64,000 bases of DNA from an uncultured delta proteobacterium (GCA_963704165.1 CAVPHD010000011.1:96001-160000); one strand, 5' to 3'. Positions 10,543 through 22,162 are shown, numbered from the stretch's first letter. A program made the numbers and translations. Notes: generated by a model not told the origin, from the letters alone.

Positions 10543-11997
10543 TCAGCCGCCGTCGCGGACCTCGTCGCTCGACGGCTGCGCCGCACCGAGACTCGCGACG
10601 AAGGCGTCGATCGCGGCGTCGACGTCGAGCGAGCTTCCGCGCGCGCCGTTGACGAGCAGCGCGAAGACGAGCGGTTGCCCCTCCGAGTTCCGGACCACAC
10701 CGGCGAGCGACGCGACGCGCTGCAGATGTCCCGTCTTCGCGCGCACCGGGACATCGAGATCGCGCATGCGCGTCTCGAGCGTACCGTCGCGGCCCGCGAG
10801 CGGCAGCGCGGCGAGGAACTCGGGGCCGTACGCGAAGCTCCGCGCGCTCGCGCGGATCAGCGTCGCGAGGGTGGCGGGCGAGACGCGATTGCGCGCCGAG
10901 AGCCCCGACCCGTCCGCGATCACGTTCCCCGCCGAGGAAGCGCCGACGCGGGCGAGGTGCTCGCCGAGCGCACGCACGCCCTTCTCCCAGTTCCCGGGCG
11001 CGCCATAGACGATCTGCGCCGAGCGCCTTGGTGAGCTGCTCCGCGATGAAGTTGTTGCTGTACTTCGAGAGCAGCCGGACCTGCAGCCCGACCGGCTCGC
11101 CCGCGAACCGGAACAGCTCGTGCGCATCGGCCGGGAGCGGCTCGATCCGCACGCGTTTCCCGACGCTGACGCCCTGGGCCTCGAGCTGCGCGCGAAGGAG
11201 CGCCGCGGCGTAGCGTTCCGGGAGCGCGACGGCGCGCCAGAAGGTCGCCGACTCGCGACCCGCCGAGACCGAGCCGGTCACGCGCACGCTCTCACCCGTG
11301 CCGTCCGGAAGCACGTCGACGTCGAGCGAGAGCTTCCCGCCCCCGCGCAACGTCGGCGCCTCCGCGAGCGTGCGGAAGTACGGGAGCGCGGGCGCGAGTC
11401 GCACTTGCGCGGGCTCGCCCACGCGCGCGCCCGGCACCACGTCGATGCGGAAGCTCGAGTAGTTCGCGCTCCACGCGCTCGTCGGTGCGTAGTAGGCGCG
11501 CGACGAGACCGGCTGCCAGTCCGGGTGGAAATACGGCCCTTCGAAGTAGCGCGTTGTCGATCGCGATCCCGCCGCGGATCTCTCGGATTCCGCGGAGCCG
11601 CACCTCCTCGGCGAGCTTCCACAGCGACTCGGACACCAGGCTCGGATCGCCCCGTCCCACGATCCAGAGCGGGCCCTCGATCGATGCCATCGACGATCTC
11701 CCCCTCCATCAGAACCGGCGTCTCGAAGCGGTGCGACGGTCCCCAGTGCGAAAGCGCGGCCGCCGCGATCAAGAGCTTCTGATTCGAGGCCGGCACGAGC
11801 GCCTCGTCGGGCGCGTGCGCGAGCAGGCGCCGCCCCGTCTCGAGATCCTCGACGACCACGCCGACGCGCGCGCCGCGCAGAGCGCTCGAGCGCAGCAGGC
11901 GCTCGAGCGCGGAGTCGAGTCCTGAGTCGCCCGCGCCCGCCGTCCCGCTGAGCACGAGCGCGAGCGCGAGCAGTCCGAGTGCGCGCACCGGGGCCAT
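10543..11997 (-). CDS. dacB: D-Ala-D-Ala carboxypeptidase/endopeptidase PBP4 (S13), several frameshifts
   Basis: PASNQKL, GRGDPSL, SNNFIAE, DGSGLS, AKTG motifs across frames. Confidence 0.85.
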
Positions 11998-12083
11998 CAC
12001 GGTGCGCGAGCCTAGGGCACCCGCACACGTCTTGCCCGCTCGCGCGGCGCCCTCCATCCTGCAGCCTCGAATCGGGGGGAGTG

Positions 12084-13050
12084 ATGGAGCGGGCACGCGC
12101 GTGGCTCGAGCAGCAGCACGGCAGCGCTCTGCGCGAGCTGATTCCGTTGCCGGGCGGCGCGGGTGCACGGCGGTATTGGCGCGCGCGTTTCGCCGACTCG
12201 GAGACCGCGGTGCTGATGCACGCGGTGCCGGAAGACCCGGCCATCCTTCCCCCCGCGTTGCGCGCGCAGGGCGAGACGATCCCGTTCGTCGACGTGAGCG
12301 GCATTTCTCGCGCGGCATCGCCTGCCGGTGCCGCGCATCCACGCGGTCGAGGAGCGCGATCGCTGGGTCCTGCTCGAGGATCTCGGTGACGTCCACCTGC
12401 TCGACCTGCCCGCCCCCGATCGCAGCGCGCGCTTGCGCGAGGCGATCGACCTGCTCGCGCGCGTGCACGCGATCCCGCGCGAGGATGCCCTGCCGTTCCG
12501 GCGCGAGTTCGACGAGGCGTGGGTGCGCTTCGAGCTGCGCACCTTCGCCGAGCATGGCGTCGATGCGCGCTGGCACGCGGATCTCGCCCCCGAGCTCGAT
12601 CGGCTCTCGCGCGCGATCGCGGCGCTGCCGCGCGTTCTCTGCCTGCGCGATTTCCAGAGCCAGAACCTGATGATCGACCGCGCGGGCCGGCTGCGCCTGC
12701 TCGACTACCAGGACGCGCTGCTCGCACCGGCCGAGCTCGACCTGGCGGCGCTGCTCTTCGACTCCTATCTCGAGCTCGCCGATGCCGAGCGCGCCGAACT
12801 CCTCGCGCGCTACTGGAGCGCGCGCGCGAAGGCTCCCGACGCGACCGCGTTCGCCCTGCTCACCGTACAGCGGAAGTGCAAGGACTACGGGCGGTTCCGA
12901 TTCATGACTCAGGTAAAACGCGATGCGCGGTACACGCCGTTCATCGCGCGCGCGCGCGCGGCGGTGCTCGTATCCCTTCCGCAGCTGCCGGCGCCGCAGC
13001 GCCGCCTGGCCGCGATCCTCGAGGACGCGCTCGCGTGTGCCCCGGCGTGA
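12084..13050 (+). CDS. amgK: APH-family kinase, AmgK-like anomeric MurNAc/GlcNAc kinase (frameshift ~12300)
   Basis: GGAGARRYWR, LLEDLGD, LRDFQSQNLM, LDYQDA; GTGA overlap with the nucleotidyltransferase. Confidence 0.75.
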
Positions 13051-14012
13051 AGGCGATGATCCTCGCCGCCGGACTCGGCACGCGAATGGCGCCGCTCGCG
13101 CGATCGCTCGCGAAGCCGGCGCTGCCGGTGCTCGACGTGCCGGTGATCCTGCGCCTGGTCCGCACGCTCGCGGCGCAGGGGATCTCTTCGGTCGTGGTCA
13201 ACACCCACGCGCACGCCGAGAGCCTGCGCGAATCGCTCGCGGGCAGTCCCGTTCCGGTGGAGTGGATCGAAGAGCCGGAGCTCCGGGGCAGCGGCGGCGG
13301 CGTGCGCGGCGCGCGCGGCGCGCTCGACGGACCCGAGCCGTTCCTGGTCCTGAACGGCGACATGTGGCTCGATCTCGACGTCGGCGCGCTCCTGCACCGG
13401 CACCGGGCGCGCCACGCTCTCGTGACGCTGGCGCTGCGAGACGACCCTCGCAAGAGTGAGTTCGGCTCGATCGGGTACGATTCCGACGGCGATGTGCGGC
13501 GCATCACGGAGCGAATCGACCTCGGAGGCGAGAAGGGGTCCGGTCTGTTCATCGGAGTGCAGGTCATGGAGCCGGCGATCCTCGCGCAGATGCCGCCGAG
13601 CGAGCGCTTCGAGATCGTCCCCGAGGTGTGGGTGCCCGCCCTGCGCGCCGGGCGTCGAATTGCGAGCTGGCTACAGCCAGAAGGCGCGCGCTGGTCGCCG
13701 GTCGGCTCGCCGCGCGAGCTGCTCGACGCGAACCTCGAGGCGGCCGAGACCACGTCGGCTCCGGACCGCGCGCGGATCTCACCGCGCAGCGGCGTCGAAG
13801 CAACCGTCGTCGCCCCGGCGTGGATCGGCGAAGGCGTCGAGGTCGCGGCGGGAGCGCGCATCGGGCCGCGCGCCGTGGTGAGCCGCTTCGCGCGGATCGG
13901 CGCAGGCGCGACGATCGAGGACTCGCTCGTTCTGCCGGGCGCGCGCGTCGCGGCGGGAGCGCGGCTCGTCCGCGCGGTCGCGTACGGCGACGAGGTCTGG
14001 CGCGATGAGTGA
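13047..14012 (+). CDS. murU: NDP-sugar nucleotidyltransferase, MurU-like, with C-terminal LbH repeats
   Basis: KAMILAAGLGTRMAPL...KPALPV, LNGD; follows amgK-like gene. Confidence 0.7.
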   Translation: MKAMILAAGLGTRMAPLARSLAKPALPVLDVPVILRLVRTLAAQGISSVVVNTHAHAESLRESLAGSPVPVEWIEEPELRGSGGGVRGARGALDGPEPFLVLNGDMWLDLDVGALLHRHRARHALVTLALRDDPRKSEFGSIGYDSDGDVRRITERIDLGGEKGSGLFIGVQVMEPAILAQMPPSERFEIVPEVWVPALRAGRRIASWLQPEGARWSPVGSPRELLDANLEAAETTSAPDRARISPRSGVEATVVAPAWIGEGVEVAAGARIGPRAVVSRFARIGAGATIEDSLVLPGARVAAGARLVRAVAYGDEVWRDE

Positions 14013-14740
14013 GATCCTCTTCGTCGGGACCGGCGATGCCTTCAACAGCGGCGGCCGACGCAACAGCGCGATCCTCGTGCGCGACGAGGGACGCTCGATC
14101 CTGCTCGACTGCGGACCGACGACGCTCGGCGGCCTGAAGGACCTCGCGGTCGATCCACTCGAGATCGACGCGGTCGTTCTCAGCCACTTCCACGGCGATC
14201 ACATCGCGGGCGTCCCCTTCCTGCTTGCTCGACTACCTGTACCAGCACCCCCGCGAGAAGCCGTTCGAGATCCTCGGCCCTCCGGGCGTCGCAGACTCGA
14301 TGGCCGCGCTGACGCGCGCCTACGGCTATCACCTCGAGCAGGAGCAGCGCTATGCGCTGCGCTTCGCCGAGTTCGAAATCGGCAAGCCCTCCGAGGTCGC
14401 CGGATTTCGCGTGACCCCGATGCCCGCCGTGCACCAGGAGCACACCTGCCCCCACATGGTGCGCGTCGATGATTCACGGCGCTCGCTCGTATTCTCGGGC
14501 GACACCGGCTGGCACGACGAGCTTCCGCGAAAGGTCGGTGACGTCGATCTGTTCATCTCGGAGTGCGTGTTCTTCGATCACGAGTTCCCGTTCCACCTGT
14601 CGCATCGCCGGCTCGACCGCGAGCGCGCGCACTTCGAGTGTGGAGCGATCCGGCTCACGCACCTCGGCCAGCAGGTGCTCGACAACGAATCGCTCGTGCG
14701 ATTCGACACCGCCTACGACGGGCTGCGCGTCCTGCTCTAG
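14005..14740 (+). CDS. MBL-fold metallohydrolase, RNase Z-like (frameshift ~14225)
   Basis: GTGDAF, LDCG, SHFHGDH, FSGDT, LTHL motifs. Confidence 0.85.
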
Positions 14741-14750
14741 CGCGATCGCC

Positions 14751-15887
14751 TCAGGATCGGAACGCGTCCGGCGGGTTCAGCGTTCCGAGGCAGACGCCGC
14801 GCGTGGCTCCGGTCGCGGCGGGAACGTTCGACGCCAAGCCGATGCTCGCGCAGTGGCCGAGCACCGCGAACGCGATCGCCTCGACCGCGCCGCTCGGCAC
14901 GCCGTGGCGATCGGTCGTCTCGACGGGTACCGGGGCGAGCCGCGCGCGCAGCCCCTCGAGCAGCGCGGGATTGTGGACGCCACCGCCGTAGAGAATCCAG
15001 CGCTGCGGAACCTCGGGAAAGAACTGCTCCGCGGCGCGCGCGACGCTCTCGACGGTCAGTCGCGCGAGCGTCGCGCACAGATCGTCGGAGCTGCCGCCGC
15101 GCGCGAGCACCGCGCTGCGCGCACGGTCGAAGAAGTCCGCGCCGAAGCGCTCGTGCCCCGTGCTCTTGGGCGGTGGCCTTCCGAAGTACGGATCGGCGAG
15201 CCACGTCTCGACGAGATCCAGGTGAGCGCGACCTCGCAGGCAGCGCACGCCGTCGCGATCGAAGCGCTCGACGCCCTCGCTCGCGAAGCGCGCGGCCCGA
15301 TCGATCAGCGCGTTCCCGGGACCCGGGTCGAAGGCGAGCACGCGCGAGGCGTCGCGATCCGGCAGGTAGCTCACGTTGGTGAAGCCACCGATGTTCAAGA
15401 CCGCACGCCGTTCCCCGGGATCCGCGAATCGGTAGAAGTGGAAGAACGGAGTCAGCGGCGCGCCCTGCCCGCCGGCCGCGAGATCCGCGCGTCTGAAGTC
15501 CGAAACGACCGGTCGTCCGGTCCGCTCGTGGATCAGCGAGGCCGCGCCGATCTGCAGCGTGCCGCGGACCTCCGACTCCGGATAGTGGCCGACGGTCTGC
15601 CCGTGCGAGCCGATCCCGCGGACCTCGTCGAGAGCCACGCCCGCATCCCGGACCACGCCGAGCGCGGCCGCGGCGAATCGCTCACCGAGCGCGACGTCGA
15701 GCTGCACGAGACCGCGGAGATCGACTCCGCCGGTCGCGAGCGCGTGGATGCGCGCGCGCAGGGACTCCTCGATCGGCTCTTCGCGGAACGCGAGCAGCTC
15801 GACGTCGCCCGGGTCCCGACCGATCCGCACGAGTGCCGCGTCGATCGCGTCCGCAGAGGTGCCCGACATCAGTCCGATCCAGAGCAC
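14751..15887 (-). CDS. anmK: Anhydro-N-acetylmuramic acid kinase
   Basis: IGLMSGTSADAID, GSHGQT, DFRRADLAAGGQGAPL, LNIGG, FDPGPGN. Confidence 0.95.
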   Translation of the reverse strand: MLWIGLMSGTSADAIDAALVRIGRDPGDVELLAFREEPIEESLRARIHALATGGVDLRGLVQLDVALGERFAAAALGVVRDAGVALDEVRGIGSHGQTVGHYPESEVRGTLQIGAASLIHERTGRPVVSDFRRADLAAGGQGAPLTPFFHFYRFADPGERRAVLNIGGFTNVSYLPDRDASRVLAFDPGPGNALIDRAARFASEGVERFDRDGVRCLRGRAHLDLVETWLADPYFGRPPPKSTGHERFGADFFDRARSAVLARGGSSDDLCATLARLTVESVARAAEQFFPEVPQRWILYGGGVHNPALLEGLRARLAPVPVETTDRHGVPSGAVEAIAFAVLGHCASIGLASNVPAATGATRGVCLGTLNPPDAFRS

Positions 15888-15930
15888 GTCCCCCCTCCCG
15901 AAGTAGGCTTACCGCGAGGGGCGGGCCGCT

Positions 15931-16335
15931 TCAACTCTCGTCGCGTCGCTCCGTGCGAGTCGCGTTGGCGATGACCGCCGAATCGACCAGCGCGGGAACA
16001 CTGCAGCTCGCCTCGAGTACGTGTCGATCTGCCGACCGCAGGTCCATGAATCGCAGTCCCATGCCCGCGCTCGGACCCTTCTTGCCACCATAGCCCCGGG
16101 TCCAGCGCACCTCCGCGGCGGAGCAGATCCGGGTCCCCGTCGATCCACCGAGGTGCAGCACCAGCCGTAGCCGCGTGCCCGTGGGACGCGGTGCCAGACA
16201 CTGTACGAAGACGCCCGACTCCGACAGGTTCGCACCGTACCCGAGGAAATGCGTGCCACCGTCGTCCTCACGTACGCATTCGATGCGCATCGGAGGCCGG
16301 AGAAGCTTGCGCTTGGCCGGTGCCTGCGGAGCCAT
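15931..16335 (-). CDS. PilZ domain protein (myxobacterial TIGR02266-like)
   Basis: RxxxR and NLSESGVFV, AEVRW, GMGLRF. Confidence 0.8.
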   Translation of the reverse strand: MAPQAPAKRKLLRPPMRIECVREDDGGTHFLGYGANLSESGVFVQCLAPRPTGTRLRLVLHLGGSTGTRICSAAEVRWTRGYGGKKGPSAGMGLRFMDLRSADRHVLEASCSVPALVDSAVIANATRTERRDES

Positions 16336-16344
16336 CCAGACCCT

Positions 16345-16372
16345 TCATCGGCGGGAAACGTACGGTGCTTGA
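16345..16372 (-). promoter_or_regulatory. Sigma-28-like promoter (PilZ gene)
   Basis: TCAA-N16-GCCGATGA, 9 nt before the ATG. Confidence 0.55.
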
Positions 16373-16452
16373 CCCCGCTGTCGCCGGCCAAGCGTGTCTG
16401 TCTCCCCCCGTCCCACGACCGCGGTAGCCCCGTCTGATAAGCTCCGGCGGCG

Positions 16453-16758
16453 ATGAGCTCTCGAACGGATGAACGCTCTCGGATTCTCGGAGGCCTGCTC
16501 TGCTTCGGCGCCATCGCCGCGGCGGCGCTCTTTCTCGGCGGCGTGCTCGCAGGAAGCTACTGGGCGCTCGCGATCCCGGTTGCGATCGTCGTGCTCTTCG
16601 TGCTCGGACTGGTGAGCTGGATCGGCTGGACGATCGCGACCGTGCACGTCGAGGCCGAAGGCGAGCGCATCTCGGCGAGCGGCTCGGGCACGGGCGGCGC
16701 GGGCGGCGCGACCCGCGAGGGCTCCGGCCAAGACGGGAACCCGCCGAGCGCGAGCTGA
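16453..16758 (+). CDS. Small two-TM membrane protein
   Basis: Two hydrophobic helices; first gene of the GT/MT operon. Confidence 0.65.
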   Translation: MSSRTDERSRILGGLLCFGAIAAAALFLGGVLAGSYWALAIPVAIVVLFVLGLVSWIGWTIATVHVEAEGERISASGSGTGGAGGATREGSGQDGNPPSAS

Positions 16759-16764
16759 GCCCCG

Positions 16765-18016
16765 ATGCGGATCGCCCTGCTCACCTACCGGGGGAACATG
16801 TTCTGTGGTGGACAGGGCGTGTACGCCGCTGCGCTCGCACGCGGGCTGCACGAGCTCGGCCACGAGGTCCACGTGATCGCGGGGCCGCCGGCGCCCGAAC
16901 TCGCGCCCGGAATCCCGCTGCACATGATCCCGAACGAGAACTTCTTCGCGCTGCCGATGGCCCAGGCGCTGCCGAAGGACGATCCGTTCCGCGCACTCGC
17001 CCCGGGTAACCTCTGGGAGCTCGGCCTGACACGTCTCGGTGTATTCCCGGAGATGACGGCCTTCGGCATCCGCCTGCTGATGCGCTGGGGCGAGCTGCAG
17101 CGGAAACACCGCTTCGACGTCGTGCTCGACAATCAGTCGCTGTCGTGGGGGCTCCTCGGACTCCAGGCCACCGGAATCCCCGTGACGGCGATGGTGCACC
17201 ACCCGCTGCACATCGACCGCATCGCGGACTTCGAGATCGATCCGCGCTTCCGGCGCAAGTGGCGACGAACGCTGTACTTCCCGCTGTTCATGCAGGAATT
17301 CGTGGTGCCCCGCCTGGCGCGGATCCTGACCGTCTCGAACGCCTCGGCGGCCGAGATCGAGCGCTACTTCCGCGTCCCACAGAAAGAGATCTCGGTCGTC
17401 TACAACGGAACCGACAGCGACGTGTTCCGCCCGCTCGATCGCCCGAAGGAGACGGACCTGATCTTCATCGGGCGCACGGAAGACCGGAAGAAGGGGATTC
17501 CGTACCTGCTCGACGCGCTCGCGCAGACGCCCGAGCACGTCACGCTGAAGATCGTCGACGGCCGCATTCCCGACGACGGGCTCGTACCGCGCAAGCTACG
17601 GGAACTCGGACTCGAGAAACGCGTCGTGTTGGTCAAGCGGATGCTCACCGTCGAAGAGCTGGTCGAGCAGTACTCCACGGCGCGGATCGCGCTGGTTCCG
17701 TCGTTCTTCGAGGGGTTCGGATTTCCCGCCTCCGAGGCGATGGCCTGCGGGCTACCGGTGATCGCGACCGTCGGCGGCGCACTTCCCGAGGTCGTGGGCA
17801 CGAGCGGAGACGCGGGCCGGGTCGGTTCCGTTCCGCGATCCGCCCGCACTGGCGGAGGCCATCACCGAGCTGTGTACCCTGCCGCACGAGCGCGTGGCCG
17901 AGATGGGCCGTGCGGCACGCCGCCGCGTCCAGCACGTCTTCTCCTGGCGCGAAGCGGCCGGGCGAACCGCCGACGTGCTCAGCGAGGTCGTGCGTGCTCA
18001 CCGTCGATCTCGATAG
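16765..18016 (+). CDS. Glycosyltransferase family 4 (frameshift ~17820)
   Basis: MRIALLTYRGNMFCGGQGVY; PSFFEGFGFPASEAMACG. Confidence 0.9.
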
Positions 18017-18719
18017 GCTCGGCCTGCGCCGCGACGACTGGCTGCTCGACGCCGGCTGCGGCGGCGGGCGGCACTGCTTCGGCGCGCTCGACCGCGGCGT
18101 GCACACGGTCGGTTTGGACCTCGACACCGCCTCGCTCCGCATCGCGCGCGCCGGCATTCACGAGCGCCGCGGGCGTGCGGTCGAGAAGCTCCACGGCGGA
18201 GTCCTCCGCGGCGACGTCTTCCGCCTGCCGTTTCGCGACTCTGTCTTCGATCGCGTGATCTGCTCCGAAGTCATGGAGCACGTCCACGACTACGGCGCGG
18301 CGCTTCGGGAGCTCGTTCGCGTGCTCCGCCCGGGCGGAACCATCGGCGTGACGATTCCGACCGCGACCACCGAGTGGTTCTATCTCGCCGCGACGCGTCG
18401 GTACTTCGAGAGTCCCGGCGGACACATCCGCGTGTTCCGGCCGCGCGACCTCGCACTCGCGCTCTCGCGGGCCGGCGTGCGCGTGGACGGCGTGGGTTTC
18501 GCGCACTCGCTCCACACGCCGTACTGGCTGGTCCGCTCCGCGCTCGGACTCGACGACGAGTCGCCCGGCCCGACCCGCGCGCTCCGCGGTTTCCTGATCC
18601 GCGCCGCCGTCTCGCGCGTCTGGACGCGCGTCGAACACGCACTCGACTGGATCTGGCCCAAGAGCCTGGTGCTCTACGGCACGCGTGTCGCCACCGGGCG
18701 CCTCGACGGGACGGCGTGA
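17994..18719 (+). CDS. Class I SAM-dependent methyltransferase
   Basis: LDAGCGGGRH, FDRVICSEVMEH, RVLRPGG. Confidence 0.9.
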   Translation: MLTVDLDRLGLRRDDWLLDAGCGGGRHCFGALDRGVHTVGLDLDTASLRIARAGIHERRGRAVEKLHGGVLRGDVFRLPFRDSVFDRVICSEVMEHVHDYGAALRELVRVLRPGGTIGVTIPTATTEWFYLAATRRYFESPGGHIRVFRPRDLALALSRAGVRVDGVGFAHSLHTPYWLVRSALGLDDESPGPTRALRGFLIRAAVSRVWTRVEHALDWIWPKSLVLYGTRVATGRLDGTA

Positions 18720-19997
18720 TGCGCATCGCTTTTCTGTGTTACCGCGGAAACATGAGGAGCGGGGGTCAGGGCATCTACCTGCACGCGCTCACGCGCGAGC
18801 TCGCCGAGCTCGGCTGCGAGATCGACGTCTTCGTGGGCCCGCCCTACCCCGATCCGATGCCCTGGGCACGCGTCACGCGGATCGAGAACCAGATGTTCTG
18901 GGGCAAGCGCTTCGAGAAGCGCCGCGGCGCATTTCTGCCCAAGCCCGATCCGTTCTCGATCCTGCGACCCACTCGAATTCTTCGAGTTCGCCGCGACGCG
19001 GTTCGGCTTTCTGCCCGAGCCCTTCGCCTTCAGCGTTCGAGGCGCCCTCGCTCTGCTGGCCGAAATCCGGAGGGGACGGCGCTACGACCTCGTTCACGAC
19101 GTTCAATCGGTGAGCTACGGACTCCTGCTCCTGCAGGCGCTCGGCTTGCCCGTGGTGACGACGATCCACCACCCGCTCTCGATCGACCTGCGCTCGAGCC
19201 TCGCGCGCGACAAGACGTTCTCGGAGCGCAAAGGCTCCCTCACGTTCTACCCCGTGCGCACGCAGGCGCGGACCGCGCGAAGGCTCGCCGCGATCCTCAC
19301 CTCGAGCGAGGCGTCGCGACGCGCGATCGTGCGCGATTTCGGTGTCGCTCGGGAACGCATCCACGACGTGCGCAACGGCGTCGAGCTGCCGCCACGTCCG
19401 ACGCGGCGCGAGCGGCCGGAAAAGCTCGAGCTGCTCTTCGTCGGTCGCTGCGGCGATCCGAACAAGGGCCTCGAGTTCCTGATCGAGGCGATGGCCCTCC
19501 TGCCGCTCGACGTCGGATTGCGCGTGCTCGACTACTTTCCGGCCCACACCGCGCTCGAGAAGAGGCTCCACGCCCTCCATCTCACGGGACGCGTGCGCTT
19601 CACGGGCAAGGTCTCGAGTGAGGAGCTGGCACGTGCGTACCGCGAATCCGTCGCCGTCGTCCTGCCTTCGCTCTTCGAGGGCTTCGGCCTGCCGGCGATC
19701 GAGGCGCTCGCCGCGGGGACGCCGATCGTCGCGTCGCGAGCGGGGGCGCTCCCGGAAGTGATCGCGGACGCCGGCACCGGCGCGCTCGTCCCCGCGCGCG
19801 ACCCCGCCGCGCTCGCGAAGGCGATCGGCGAGCTGCTCGGGAACTGGGAGTCGGCGCACGCTGCGGCGCTGGCGGCGCGGCCCCGGATCGAAGCGATCTT
19901 CGGCTGGCGTCCGACCGCCGAGCGCACGCTCGCGCTGTACGAGCGCGTGATCACCGAGTTCCACGCCAATCGGCGCGGTCACTGCGCCTCGAGATGA
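18719..19997 (+). CDS. Glycosyltransferase family 4, paralogue (frameshift ~18970)
   Basis: MRIAFLCYRGNMRSGGQGIY; PSLFEGFGLPAIEALAAG. Confidence 0.9.
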
Positions 19998-20769
19998 GAA
20001 GCGTCGATCTCGACCGCGACATGACGCACGTGATCCCGACCGGGACCACTCGGGACTCCGAGTACCTGTTCCGGCGCATGGAGGCCGAGACGCTCGCTGC
20101 GACGCGAGCCCGTGCGGGTGCGCGCGTGCTCGACTCGGCTGCTGGACTCGGTCAGGACAGCCGCGCACTCGCGCGCACCGGGGCACGAGCGGTCTGCGCC
20201 GAGCCTTCGCGGCGCATGGTCGAGCTCGCGAAGCTCGTCGCACTGAAGGAGGCGCCGACCGTCCAGAGCAGCGTCGTCTGGACGCGCGCCTGGTCCGAGT
20301 CCCTGCCGTTTCGCAAGGGCTCGTTCGACGCCGCGTTCTGCAAGGGCGCGCTCGATCACTTCGACGATCCCGAAGCCTGCATCGCGGAGCTCGCGCGCGT
20401 GACCCGGGACGAGGGGCGCGTCGTCCTCGCGGTCGCGAACTTCGAATCTCTCGGCTGCCGGCTGCAGCGTTTCGGAGATCGACTCCGGCGAAGGCCGGCT
20501 TCGGCGGGGCGACGCACGTACCACGTCCCCTCCGATCACTTCACGCGCTACGACCCGCGCACGCTGCGCGAGCAGGTCGGACGCCACGTCGAGATCCTCG
20601 AATTCCGGGGATCTCCCTTCTCTGGGGCGTGCGGAGCTGGGCTCGGCTGCTCGCGCGTCTGCCTGCGCCGTGGGCGAATGCGCTGCTCGTCGTCGCGGAT
20701 CGCATCGCATCGCGCTTTCCGACGCTCTCGGACGTGATCGTCGTCGCCGGGCGGCCACGCGGCCGCTGA
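19994..20769 (+). CDS. Class I SAM-dependent methyltransferase (frameshift ~20615)
   Basis: VLDSAAGLG, LPFRKGSFDAAFC, ELARV. Confidence 0.75.
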
Positions 20770-20770
20770 C

Positions 20771-22162
20771 TCAATCGCTGCCGGGCTCCGGGGCACCCAT
20801 TTTCCGGTAGAACGTGCTGCGGCCGATGCCGAGCAGACTCGCCGCAGCGCGCACGTCGCCCTGGCTCCGGCGCAGCGCTTCCTCGAGACACGCGCGCTCG
20901 AAGGCTTCGAGGGACAGGGCGATGCCATCGGGAACCGTCGCTCGCGGCGCGCTGAAACCGCCCATGCGCAGATCGGCGACCGTCACGCGCGTGCCCTGCG
21001 CGAGGGCGACCGCGGCTTCGATCGTGTTCTCGAGCTCGCGCACGTTTCCTTCCCAGCGATGCGCGATCAGACGCTCGAGCGCCTGCGGCTCGAGACCGAC
21101 GATGCGCGTGCCCGCGGCGGCGCGTTCGAGGAAATGGCTGGCCAGAACCGCCACGTCCTCCGGGCGATCGCGAAGCGGTGGCAGCTGGATCGACACCACC
21201 CGCAAGCGGTAGAAGAGGTCGGAGCGGAATCGGTTCGCGCGCACCTCCGATGCGAGGTCGCGGTTGGTCGCCGCGATGATCCGCACGTCGATCGAGGAGG
21301 CCGTCGGCGAGCCGAGCGGCCGGATCTCGCGCTCTTGGATCGCGCGCAGGAGCTTCGACTGCAGCGAGACCGGGAGCTCGCCGATCTCGTCGAGAAAGAG
21401 CGTCCCGCCGTGGGCACTGCGAAACAGGCCCAGCGAGTCGCGCACCGCACCCGAGAACGCGCCGCGGACATACCCGAAGAGCTCGCCCTCGATGATCCCT
21501 TCGGGCAGGGCTCCGCAATCCACCGGCACGAACGCGCCGGCGCCACGGGGAGAAGTCTCGTGGATCGCGCGCGCGATCAGCTCCTTTCCCGTTCCGCTCT
21601 CGGCCTCGATCAGCACGTTGCTCTCGTTCGCCGAGAGATCCCGCACGGTCTGCAGGACGCGCTTCATCCCGGACGACTGCGCGATCACGCGCTCGAGCGC
21701 GGAGCGGCGGCCGAGCTCGCCCTCGAGCTCGCGATTGCGAACCCGCAGTCGTCGCCTCTCGAGCGCGCGATCGAGCGTCTGCCGAACGCGACGCGGATCG
21801 GCGAACGGCTTCTCCAGGTAGTCGAAGGCTCCCGCGCGCATGCACTCGACGGCGGAGTCGATGCTCGCATAGCCGGTCATCACGATCGTCTCCGTGTCCG
21901 GACAGCGCTCGCGCAGCTCGCCGATCAGATCGAGACCCGAAGCATCGCCGAGTCGCAGGTCGAGCAGAACGATCTCGGGCTCGCGCGCGAGCTGAGCTCG
22001 CAGGCGGCCCACATCGGTCGCTTCGACGACCTCGAAGCCGTCGCGCTCGAGCTGTCGCCGCAGAACGCGGACGATCGAGGGCTCGTCGTCGGCGATCAAC
22101 ACGCGCGTGCCAGACGACGGCCGTCGATTGGCGGAGATGTCGCTCGCGAGAGGGGGAACCAT
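20771..22162 (-). CDS. Sigma-54-dependent response regulator
   Basis: REC, AESGTGKE, GAFSGA, HTH GIGRSTFYRK. Confidence 0.9.
   Translation of the reverse strand: MVPPLASDISANRRPSSGTRVLIADDEPSIVRVLRRQLERDGFEVVEATDVGRLRAQLAREPEIVLLDLRLGDASGLDLIGELRERCPDTETIVMTGYASIDSAVECMRAGAFDYLEKPFADPRRVRQTLDRALERRRLRVRNRELEGELGRRSALERVIAQSSGMKRVLQTVRDLSANESNVLIEAESGTGKELIARAIHETSPRGAGAFVPVDCGALPEGIIEGELFGYVRGAFSGAVRDSLGLFRSAHGGTLFLDEIGELPVSLQSKLLRAIQEREIRPLGSPTASSIDVRIIAATNRDLASEVRANRFRSDLFYRLRVVSIQLPPLRDRPEDVAVLASHFLERAAAGTRIVGLEPQALERLIAHRWEGNVRELENTIEAAVALAQGTRVTVADLRMGGFSAPRATVPDGIALSLEAFERACLEEALRRSQGDVRAAASLLGIGRSTFYRKMGAPEPGSD

Noticed and set aside
16380..16445. CTTATCAGA... on the minus strand resembling a SAM-I riboswitch start
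   Set aside because: No downstream SAM-I core elements and no methionine-related gene
895..20769. Frameshifted genes as pseudogenes or programmed frameshifts
   Set aside because: Scattered single indels with motifs intact on both sides, also seen in tpiA; best explained by sequencing error
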